A DNA stretch of 64,000 nt from Octopus sinensis (Eukaryota): NCBI RefSeq assembly GCF_006345805.1, contig NC_043001.1, positions 65,844,001-65,908,000 on the forward strand. The letters run 5' to 3'. Shown in pieces: positions 12,830-23,857 of the stretch. The notes under the pieces are model-generated. The model was not told the origin of the DNA and searched no databases. It was given only the letters and a program-made list of their open reading frames with translations. The translations under genes were made by a program, and so were the position numbers. How positions within the stretch are numbered: position 1 is the stretch's first letter; each line of letters starts with the position of its first letter.

Positions 12830-15800
12830 TTCCTGTTAATGATGGGAAGACCATATTAATAGACCCATGTGCGTCTATTGAAATGCTCTTTCTAAACTAT
12901 TCAAAACACTGCGCAGACTCATTATATTATATATATTATATATATATATATATAATATTAGGGAGTAAATCCAAACTTACAGGGAAAAATTAGATTTAGG
13001 ATTAAATCTAATCTCACAGTATAAATATAGTTTAAATTAGAGATAAAACCACTATTAGACAAATCAAACAGTGAAAAATATAAACCAAAACATAAAAATA
13101 AAAATAATTAATATAATATACAAAATATATAAAATATAAATTTAAAATTTAAATTATTTAAATTTAAATTTTTTTATTTATATTTATAAATTTTTATATT
13201 TTTTAAATTTCAAATTAATAAATTTTTAAACTTTTAAACATTTTTTTTTTTTAGATATGTATAACTATCAAAAAGTATTAAAAAGTTTAATATAAGATAA
13301 TAAGTAAAACCATTACGTACGTTTAATGGCCATACCTAATTCAAATTACAATAATTTAAATTCAATTAAAAATTCGAATTATAGGTATAGTCAATCTTCA
13401 GGTTAAATAAATATGCAAATATATTTAAACAATATTTTTTAAGAAATAAATAAAATAATAATTTTTCTCATAAAATACTCTATTATCAAACTAGAAACCT
13501 TAACGATTAGGATTATGTCATACAATCCAATTATAATGTTAACTATTAATTTTTAAAGCAAAAATAAATAGAAAATGTATTTATATATTCAGATATAATA
13601 TGGCTTTAAAAAACATAATAAACTCACGAATAACCTAATCTCAGTTATAGTCAATATCTAATTACCTAATTATTTAACAAAAAAATAATCAGAAAAATAA
13701 TCACTATTCATATCATTAAATTTAATTTCAAATTTAAAATATTTGAATAATAACTAAATTATTATCAATAAATATATAGGAATATATATAAATATAATAA
13801 TTAAGATCTAAAATAATCTCTATCAATAAATATATATACGTATTATGAAAATCTAAATAAATTAATTATTCCATTATTACTTACGAAATATATTAAAAAA
13901 TTAAAACATTAAAAATGAAAAAGCAAATTATAAACGTATAACCTATCTTAAAAAATCCCTATAACTATTTAACGATCAATATATCTCGTTGGCTAATTAA
14001 TAACTTACAAAAGCCGAATAGTTAAGATCTAATAATGAAATAATGAAATACATATCTTCAGCAACTAAATACTTATACAATCAAATTATCAATCCGTAGT
14101 TATATAGTATCCAATAAATACCATATAACATAAATTATTAAAATATTAAAATAAATTTAATAAAAATACTTACTTAGTTTTCGAAAATCGTCTCATTAAC
14201 TAAACTAATAATAAACAAATGGAAAATTCTTTAACAATGAAAACTACGAATATATTTTATAAATGAAAAATACTACTACAAATTATCAATTGAAAATAGC
14301 TATATTTAAGCTATAATAGAACAAAGTCAACTATTAGAGATATTTATGAATATATAATATGGCTTAAAAAACATAATAAACTCACAAATATCCTTAACTC
14401 AGTTATAGTCCAAAAATTTAATTACCAAATTATTTAACTAAATAATCATTATTCATAATTTAGATTTAACACTTCTAATAATTGTAAAATATTTAAAAAT
14501 AATAACTAAATTACTATCAACAAATATAGTGATTAAAAACTAAAATTTACGCTATCAATAAATGTATAGACATATAAAGAAAAATTAATAAATTAATTAA
14601 TCCAATACTACTTACATAAATATTAAATATTAATATAATATAATTATGAGATACATTAAAAAATTAAAAATTAAAATCAAATTAAAACCAGAAACCTAAC
14701 TTTAAAAAATCGTATAACTATTAACGATCTATATATCTCTATGGCTAAGTAATATCTTACAAATAACGTAGAGTTAAAATCTAATAACTATATACATAAC
14801 TTCAACAACTAAATCATTACATAACAATCTGTATTTATATAGTATACAAAATAATACAATAAGACTTATTAAAATATTTCAAAATGTTTAAATTTAAAAA
14901 TCTTAAATACAAATAGATTAATTAGCTTTCCAAGGCTGTTTGATAAACTAAAATTTTAAAACGGAAAACGTTTTTAAGCGTTTATAAGAATACTCGTGGA
15001 ATTACGTTATTAACAGAAATAGAATAAATTGATGAAAAATTCTTTTAACAATGAAAAACTACGAATATATTTTATCAATAAAAATTGGGAATAATTGTCA
15101 ATGGAACAGCTACAGTTTATCAATAAATATAAATAGAATGAAGTCACAATTATAGAATAAAACCACTATATACTATAAGATTTATTATCAAAATAACTAC
15201 AATAAATTATACTTAATACTCAATAAATTAAATAATTAATATAACAACCAATTACTGTGTATACTCTAAAAATCTTATAAGATTTAATGAATTTATATTA
15301 AAAAAATTACGCAGTAGTAAAATTAATATAAATAAAAAATAAAAAAATAAAAAAATAACTATTAGACACATCCAAAATTAATTCAGTAGTAATTCAAGCA
15401 TTATCTATAATATGACCAATAATTAATATAAAGAAACTATATTCTAATAAAATTCATTAATAATATTGATTAAATAAACATCTAAATAAATCTACTTCAA
15501 ATATGTAGAAATACATTTCATTATTTCATTATTAGATCTTAACTATACGGTTTTGTAAGTTATTAATTAGCCAACGAGATAATTGATCGTTAAATAGTTA
15601 TAGGGATTTTTTAAGATAGGTTATACGTTTATAATTTGCTTTTTCATTTTTAATGTTTTAATTTTTTAATATATTTCGTAAGTAATAATGGAATAATTAA
15701 TTTATTTAGATTTTCATAATACGTATATATATTTATTGATAGAGATTATTTTAGATCTTAATTATTATATTTATATATATTCATATATATTTATCGATAC

Positions 15801-16264
15801 TAATTTAGTTATTATTCAAATATTTTATAATTAGATTTGAACTTAAATTTAATTATATGAATAGTGATCATTTTTTTGATTATTTTTTTGTTAAATAATT
15901 AGGTAATTAGATATTGACTATAACTGAGATTAGGTTATTCGTGAGTTTATTATGTTTTTTAAAGCCATATTATATCTGAATATATTTTCTATTTATTTTT
16001 ACCTTAAAATTTAACATTATAATTGGATTGTATGACATAATCCTAATCGTTAAGGTTTCTAGTTTGATAATAGATTATTTTATAAGAAAAATTATTATTT
16101 TATTTATTTCTTAAAAAAATATTGTTTAAATATATTTGCATATTTATTATCATTAACCTGAAGATTGACTATAACTATAATTCGAATTTTTAATTAAATT
16201 TAAATTATTGTAATTCGAATTAGGTTATGGTCATTAAACGTACGTAATGGTTTTACTTATCTTA

Positions 16265-16326
16265 TTGATTGATTGATTGATTCTAGTTTCAGCTTATGAG
16301 CTGTGGCCATGCTGGGGCACCGCCAT
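16265..16326 (-). mobile_element. 5'-truncated SINE 3' end with (CAAT)n tail, inserted in the right arm of the foldback
   Basis: GTGGCCATGCTGGGGCACCGCC plus (ATTG)n; absent from the left arm. Confidence 0.7.
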
Positions 16327-16605
16327 TTACTTTATTAAACTTACTATATTAAACTTTTTAATACTTTTTTATAGTTATACATATCTAAATAAAAAAATGT
16401 TTAAAAGTTTAAAAATTTATTAATTTGAAATTTAAAAAATATAAAAATTTATAAATATAAATTAAAAATTTTAAATTTAAATAATTTAAATTTTAAATTT
16501 ATATTTTATATATTTTGTATATTATATTAATTATTTTTATTTTTATGTTTTGGTTTATATTTTTCACTGTTTGATTTGCCTAATAGTGGTTTTATCTCTA
16601 ATTTA

Positions 16606-16675
<70 letters not shown>

Positions 16676-16799
16676 GACTGCTATTTCCAGTAAATATTGG
16701 TGCATTGTTGTACCACTATCTTATTTATACTGTAACCTGATGGTGCTTTGTTTTACTGGGAATCAATGCCACTGTATTGCACTATTTAACATTTTTTTT

Positions 16800-18200
16800 T
16801 TCTTTGCAAACTTTTTCATTGTTATCGCTCTGACAACAGCTAGGCGTTTCAGACAAGTATATACTGACATTGATGCAGCGACATTAGAGATTTTGTCTTG
16901 GTGAATCTAGCCGCTGAGGACTAATGAAATTTACGTTAACAAACGTAATTTGGTAAGTTCGAAATCTAGATCCTAGATTATCCACATCTGGGTTGTACAT
17001 GTATTAAATGCTCTTCCTACAGGTAAGAGGACATTTTTTTATGTTCGCCGCCCGCTAACATTTTTACCAGTGTATATATACAGTGAAGATTTACTTGACG
17101 CTACCTTCTGTCTTGAAACTGGATTATTTGAACCATTTCGTTAGCCAACGTAGCGTCCAACCACCACCCTCGATTATACGGGGGCTAGTTAAGAATATTT
17201 CTGCAAGAATCTCTAGATTATCTGCTAACTATAGAATCTTCGAATCTCATGCAACTTATTATAATGCTGCTCAAGCTAGGGCTGGGTACCGTGAAAAATT
17301 CAATATAAACAAGAAGCAGGCATACACAACGCTGGTAATTCTTCCAACTGTGATGCACACTGTATACCACCACAACATTACCGCTTGAGAACTCAGATAA
17401 AGAATAGAGGCCAGAAAGAATTGGTCATATCAATGAACTACCAACGAAAACTCAGAGACACACACGACATAATAATTAATCTGCTTGTTCCAATTCTGTA
17501 CAACATACTCGATCAAATAATCCTAACAGATATAGGAATTAGGTTGCCCTCAAGTTCAACTCGATTTTCGGTTTGCATGTTTCAACCAAGATCACTGGAA
17601 ATTTTTTTGTTGCTGTGGACAAGTGTTTTCCTAAATCTAATCGGTATCATGCTAAATTTAATCGACACACCGTGAAGGTATCCTACGCCAACTTCGCTAG
17701 TTTAGAGCGGGCTATACATCACATAAACAATAGCAAAATGCGGCAAAGGTTTAATAACTCACTTACTGGATCTAGCGAACATTTGCATCTAAATACCAAC
17801 TACGATCAATTTGTAGTAGTAGAAATAATTATGATAGAGCTAGCACGGTAACAACACCTGTAAATGCTCGTGCAGATAAATATCAAGATGTTCTTAGCTG
17901 AATCTCTGTATGAGTACAAATTTTGTATATAAATGTACAGTGCACACAACGGGAGAGCTCTATGTTTACATTGGGCAGACGGCTGATTCATTTAAGAATC
18001 GTTATCGTAACTATGTTGCCAGCTTTAAGACAATCAATAATCGACATTCAACATCTTTGGCAGATTTTGTATGGCGACTGAAGCAGGATAAAATGAAGTA
18101 CAGCAATACCTGGTCCATGGTAAAGTATGCGAAACCATATTAGACAATTAATAGGAGATGTTGTCTCTGCTCCAAAAAATCCCTGTCTATTCTGCAGGAC
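16800..18200 (+). mobile_element. Penelope-like element, deleted/decayed (RT thumb + C-terminal GIY-YIG endonuclease)
   Basis: PPSIIRGLVKNISARISRLS...YYNAA; VDKCFPKSNRYHAKFNRHTVKVSY; FVYKCTV...YVYIGQTADSFKNRY...STSLADFVWRLK...CCLC. Confidence 0.88.
16904..16979 (+). ncRNA. Degenerate hammerhead motif in the PLE 5' repeat
   Basis: AATCTAG-CCGCTGA (2 changes from CTGATGA)-GGACT...AGTTC-GAAAT-CTAG-ATC-CTAGATT. 7-bp stem I and palindromic loop 3. Confidence 0.65.
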
Positions 18201-18207
18201 TAATTGG

Positions 18208-18445
18208 GAGACCCCCTTCGATCATGAATGAACATGGGATTGCACCTGGAAAGTTACCCTCCGAGGTACAAATCCGGGCAAGGTTGTTTGTGGAAGGCCA
18301 GCAGTCGCCCATCCATACCAGCCTCCCCTCTCCACATCACTGATGTTATCCAAGGGAAAGGCAAAGGACGATACAGCTTGGCACCAGTGATGTCGCAACT
18401 CATTTCTACGGCTGAGTTAACTGGAGCAACGTGAAATAAAGTTTT
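18208..18445 (-). mobile_element. SINE family B, 5'-truncated (RTE-like 3' tail)
   Basis: Near-identical to 23270-23500. Confidence 0.75.
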
Positions 18446-18610
18446 TCACCCCTAAATATTTATAATTGAATATAAATTCCTTAGTTACTATTATTTATTA
18501 GTTTCTTTTGCATATTCTTAGTTTATGCATTTGTATGCAAATATAGTATTGGTATATCCCATTTATGTTCATTAGAAATTAAATAAATAAAGAATTTTGA
18601 CGTGTATGAA

Positions 18611-18915
<305 letters not shown>

Positions 18916-18916
18916 C

Positions 18917-18959
<43 letters not shown>

Positions 18960-19125
18960 TCGACGGGTTTTTTTCAGTTTCCGTCTGCTAAATCCACTCA
19001 CAAGGCTTTGGTCGAGCCGAGGCTATAGATGAAGACACTCGCGCAAAATATAGCACGTAGTGAGACTGAACTCGGAACCTTGTGGTTGGGAGGCAAGCTT
19101 CTTACCACACAGGAATTCCTGCGCT
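18960..19125 (-). mobile_element. Family A SINE head/body
   Basis: Reverse complement of the 5187/58932 head (CTTCTTACCACACAG; TTTCCGTCTGCTAAATCCACTCACAAGGCTTTGGTC). Confidence 0.8.
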
Positions 19126-19127
19126 TG

Positions 19128-19189
<62 letters not shown>

Positions 19190-19204
19190 GCGTGCATGTG
19201 TAAA

Positions 19205-19500
19205 TATATCACAGCAATGACCAGACTATCGAATGTTGTTATACATCGCTGGTCACAATGCACTTCCCATCGTTTTAGCTTTCGAATGGCGCCACCCTGC
19301 TGTGTAGGGGAGCTGGCCAACATTCCCACTGATCCCACTGATCCCACTGATCGGAAGGCTATTCCGTTGCAGGGATACCAATTTAAAACTGAGTGTACTG
19401 AACCAACATGGAATGATGTTGCTCAAGAGTACAACGTGCCACCCGGTCCGGAGATTGAACCCACGATCTGTCAACCGTGAGTGCAACTCCCTAACCACTA
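19205..19500 (-). mobile_element. tRNA-headed SINE, family C
   Basis: Minus-strand head TAGTGGTTAGGGAGTTGCACTCACGG...GGGTTCAATCTCCGG, then CTCTTGAGCAA. Confidence 0.7.
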
Positions 19501-20029
19501 GGGTATATATATATATATATATTATATATATATATATATATATAATATGATAGCTTACAAAGGAAACAAAGAAAGAATAAAACATATTTACAAGCCATAT
19601 CTGAATATGAACAACTTAATGTTGTACTTGGCTGATGAGAGAATGAAAGAATCACCTGACCCAAGTATTTCGAACATCAGAAACATTAGTAATGCAATCA
19701 AATCGCTATCCTTTTCATATTAAACACGTAAAAATAGCGTTTATTTTTCGCATCATAATCCAAATTTGGGTGAACAGCTCCGAAGTTTTAAAACAATCAC
19801 AAGTTACCACGTAACGGCATAAAATCTATAATAAACGACTTATCGACGCCTTGAACGTTGTAAAAATAACATTTCCCAGTATGCAAGGCCTTTGGTGAAC
19901 CTTCAATAACTTAGAATTTTAGTTGTTGGAAAATCCAAACGGTAAATGATCCCCTGAGACCCATTATTTTTCATATTAACATTATGACTGAGTTGATTGC
20001 CGAAAGGAATTGGTGTTTAGTCAAAGAAA

Positions 20030-20700
20030 ACAGATATGGTAATTACACGATCAATTCCGGCTATGAATGTCAGAAAATTCTCAAGGGTCCTTGCTTGCTG
20101 CAACGTCTGCACTGTTGATGTTGAAAGCCTATTTATTAGTAATCCAGTTAAGACTACTCTAAAGATTTGCCTTAATACCACCTACTACCAACTATCTGCA
20201 CAAAAAAAACTACCAGACACGTTATTGATATACAACGACGCTAAGATAATTTTCATTTCCCAAGTCGTTAACTTCTATGCCATCATGATAGAAGAGTTGG
20301 TTACGTGTTAGTAATATGATCCGTTGGTTATAACATAAAGTTAGATGGGTAGAAAACTGAATATAATTATCAACAAACTTATACCTTTCTTGTCGGAATG
20401 CACAAGGTACGATCCTGATCATTAATGACTTAGAGAAAGCACAATACATAAATGGATCCATTTTTTTGGCACAGTTATTACACTTGCAATACATATATTC
20501 AACACAGGGTCTTCCTTTAATAACATGGTACAACAATGATTTTGCTACAGAGAAGAGAACATCATTTTCTAGAACAATTTTTACCATAGAAACTCCGTTT
20601 TTCATGAAATGGCTCCAGTGTTTTGTAAAATGGGCCGTCACTAAACGGTATGTTTTTGCTAGAAAGTGGGCCGATTTCTGTGAAAAAAAACTTTTATTTC
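20030..20700 (-). mobile_element. Possible highly decayed Gypsy-type gag remnant
   Basis: Only weak motif echoes across frames (KHWSHF; QKNGSIY; LQQARTLE). Confidence 0.25.
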
Positions 20701-20769
20701 CTAGAATTAAAGCGGGTTATTTGCGTCTTTTATTAAAGGAAGAACATATTTATGTTTCTTTCTATTTAT

Positions 20770-22384
20770 AGCATCAAGTCTGCTCTCTGAAGTAACCAGC
20801 AAAAGTCATCAAGCATGTCATCACTTCTCCTTATATAGAGTTTCCATTTGACTTATGTCTTGGTGGAATCTCTCACCATGTTTGCCGCTGACATCTGCTG
20901 CATTCTGAGGAAATAAAGTTAGATGCGAATGCAAATAGTGAACTTTGAACGACATATTACACCCTAATGATTTGTACGAATCAATCAACTTTCCTACAAG
21001 TAGCTCATAGTTGGCTGAAACTTTGCTATGCATCCAATTCCAATACATTTAAAGTGTTTTCAAAATTATCGTCTGTCAAAAGTTGTCGAATTTGGGGACC
21101 GACAAACACCTCTTCTTTGATTTTCGCATGGCTTAGTTTGGGAAACTTAATTTTGAAGTACAAAAATAGTGGCTCTTCTAGATTTAACTTCTTAACAAAC
21201 TGTTTGATAAAGCCTAATTTAATATGCAATAATGACAAAATTATTTTCTCCTTAGCGATTAGTGGTTCACGTATAACGTTATATGAACTTATTTCTGATT
21301 CATTTCTCAATGGCCATTCACTACGGATGTAATGCTCTTCCCGAGCACGGCTGTCCCATTGACACAAAAGCACGTGTACTTAGCAAACCCAGCCTGTAAG
21401 CCACTTACAATCGCTACAGCTGCCAAGTTTCTTTCCTTTAACCTAGAAGCCAGTAACTCGCTCTGCATTTTCGTTAATTCCGAACAAAATCGTTTAACTC
21501 ATCCTGTGCTACGAGTTTCGGTCTGGCCTGTTCTGATGCAGGCACATACAACTCATCGTGTTCACAATTCTCTTCTGATTCACTAGTATCGGATAAAACC
21601 ATTTTGCAGGTACCGCAGGTACCGGAACGCTAGCTGAATGAAGTACAGGCCGAATAGCGGATTTCAATTCGGATACACCACCGACGACACACTCTTCGTT
21701 GCTGTACCTGTTAAGAAAATAAATTATATTATAGCATTTCCTATATTTAATGTAGGGAATGAAAATAAAAACATTTAGGTAAATATGTGCTAGGCTTAAT
21801 GCAAATAAAAACACACTTACCTTTAACATCTACAAGACAGAAATAGCAGTCAGAATGGTGGTATTGTGGTTTACGCCAGATCATTGGTATGCCAAATTGC
21901 ATACCTTTTGACTTTCCCAAAGACCATTTTGAAAGATCATTGGTACATACTGTGCAACAGATATATGTGCTGCTCAACTTTTATCTTGGTCTCCTATCTT
22001 GACACCAAAATATAAGTAATACTGTGTTTTTTTACCAACGGCGTATTGTTTCTTGCATTTTTCTGGAATGTCACAGCACCACAGATATAACAAAATTTTT
22101 TCTGGGTGATTTCTACACTGCCCTCTTGGCATTTTAAGGCAATTTTTATTCTAATTAAAGATCTAATTAAATATTTACAGGTATTTTATAGTTTTTCACT
22201 CAGAAAAATCTGAAAAAAAATTAAAATTATAAAAATACCCTAATATTAAAAAGCCAAATTACCATAAAGTTGAGAAATTCTGTGAGAAACGGTTACCATT
22301 TTCGTGATCTACACATAAAACATCCCTAAAAAACGTTATTCTCGTCTCTGTAGTCGAAATAATGTTCCTTTTTGTTGTACAGTG
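20770..22384 (-). mobile_element. Chapaev3 (CMC) DNA transposon remnant with internal deletion
   Basis: 5' TIR CACTGTACAACAAAAAG next to TTA. ATG at 22132 (MPRGQCRNHPEKFCYICG); CCTVC..W..GK..MQFGIPMIWRKP..HHSDCYFC zinc finger; WDSRA, LHIKLG, FVGPQIR, MSFKVHYLHSHL, HGERFHQDI. GT-AG intron at 21708-21820. Confidence 0.85.
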
Positions 22385-22533
22385 TAATTATAGGCCGCAT
22401 ACCTGGCTACACAATGCAACGAAAACACATTTCAAGTGTATCTTCTTCAGATTTAAGCATGTATATATGTATGTATGCATATACGTATGTAAATGTAAAT
22501 ACATGTATGTGTATGTGCGTATATATATATATA

Positions 22534-23198
22534 CGAGGGGAAGTCAAAAATTATCTGCACTTTCGCCATAACATATCTTTATTATTGTCACACTGATTTC
22601 TGCGCATGCGTGTTTATAGTTGGTACTATTGTGGTCACGTGATCGAAGTTTGATCCTGACCATGCCATTTTTCTTTCTGGCTTTCCAGTGTAAGCATGGC
22701 CGCTCCACTAACAATGTGCACCAAAGAAGAACAGAGCAGTGATCCGAGAGATGGTAATGGTGAACCGGTTCACCATTACCATCTCTCGGGCTTGCTGAAT
22801 CTTCTCGTCAGTAGTGGAGGTTGACTGCCGTCCTTCTTCCTCTTCGTGCGTCACGCTTGTCCGACCACTTTTAAACTTCCCAATCCACCCCTACACACTT
22901 CTACGCGGTAGTGCACTGTCCCCGTGTTGTACTAAAAGCATCCGATGAATTTCAGCACCCGACACACCTTCCGACTAGGGAGTCAGATCACTGCTCTTTG
23001 TTCTTCATTGGTGCACATTGCTAGTGGAGCGGCTATGCTTACACTGTAAAGCCAGAAAGAAAGATGGTGCGATCAGGCTCAAATTACGACCGTGAGACTA
23101 AAATAGTACTAACTATAAGCACGCATGCGCAGAAAGCAGTGTGACAATAATAAAGATATGTCATGGCGAAAGTGCGGATAATTTTTGACTTACTCTCG
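22534..23198. mobile_element. Non-autonomous mariner derivative built from two head-to-head 5' ends
   Basis: TA|CGAGGG...CTCG|TA termini and ~210-bp inverted arms. The minus strand encodes a mariner N-terminus (MCTNEEQRAVI..AEIHRML..GRTSVTHEE..GR.ST). Confidence 0.9.
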
Positions 23199-23213
23199 TA
23201 TACACACACACAC

Positions 23214-23269
<56 letters not shown>

Positions 23270-23271
<2 letters not shown>

Positions 23272-23595
23272 CCCCCTTCGGGTATGAATGATGATGGGAT
23301 TGCACCTAGAAAGTTAACTTCCGAGGCACAAGTCTGAGCAAGGTTGTTTATGGAAGACCAGCAGTCACACATGCATACCAGCCTCCCCTCTCAACGCCAC
23401 GGTAGTTATCCAAGGGAAAGGCAAAGGCCGATACATCTTGGCACCAATGACGTTGCAACATATTTTTACAGCTGAGTGAACTGGAGCAACGTGAAATAAA
23501 ATGTCTTATTCAAGTATACAACGCACAGTCCGGTCCGGGAATCGAACTCAGTACCCCACGATTGTGAGTCTGACGCTGTAACCACTGAGCCATGA
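23270..23595 (-). mobile_element. tRNA-headed SINE family B, full length
   Basis: Minus-strand A-box TGGCTCAGTGG and B-box GAGTTCGATTC; tail TGCAATCCCATCATCATTCATACCCGAAGGGGGTCT resembles RTE 3' ends. Confidence 0.85.
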
Positions 23596-23857
23596 TATAT
23601 CATGTTTTACTTATTCCAAACATTGGGCTAAAGCCATGCTAGGACAATGCTTATCGCTTTAAGAGTTTTTAGTCGAACGAATCGACCGCTGTGCTTATTT
23701 TTAAAGTCTGATTTTATTGGTCTATTTCACCGAACCGGTACGTTAGGGAGACAAACAAAGCAACAGCAGTTGTCAAGCGATCGTTGTGGACATAATACAC
23801 ACATGTACAAACACGCGCGCGCGTACTCACACACACACACACACATATATCATATTA

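Larger units (their letters stand above)
12451..16606. mobile_element. 4.16-kb extremely AT-rich foldback/dumbbell element, circularly permuted, carrying a hammerhead
   Basis: 12956-14049 is inverted-repeated by 15515-16606 plus 12451-12527. The spacer contains diverged sub-repeats (13601 vs 14360). (TA)n lies on both outer sides. Confidence 0.8.

Noticed and set aside
16158-16190. CTGAAGA..GACTATA/TATAATTC-GAAT hammerhead-like motif in both foldback arms (also ~13372-13401, -)
   Set aside because: GAAA and stem III are missing, so it cannot be distinguished from chance in AT-rich DNA.
12956-16606. Mitochondrial control region or NUMT explanation for the extreme AT block
   Set aside because: No mitochondrial tRNA, rRNA or protein remnants were recognised; the structure is explained by inverted arms and sub-repeats.
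16671-16770. Minus-strand stem CAGTAAA/TTTACTG followed by GAAATAGCAGTC
   Set aside because: No CUGANGA core or stem I; at best a very decayed ribozyme.
23520-23595. tRNA-like A/B boxes here and at 5187, 19430, 32072, 43030 and 58932
   Set aside because: No complete cloverleaf, and each continues into a repeated body, so they are SINE heads.
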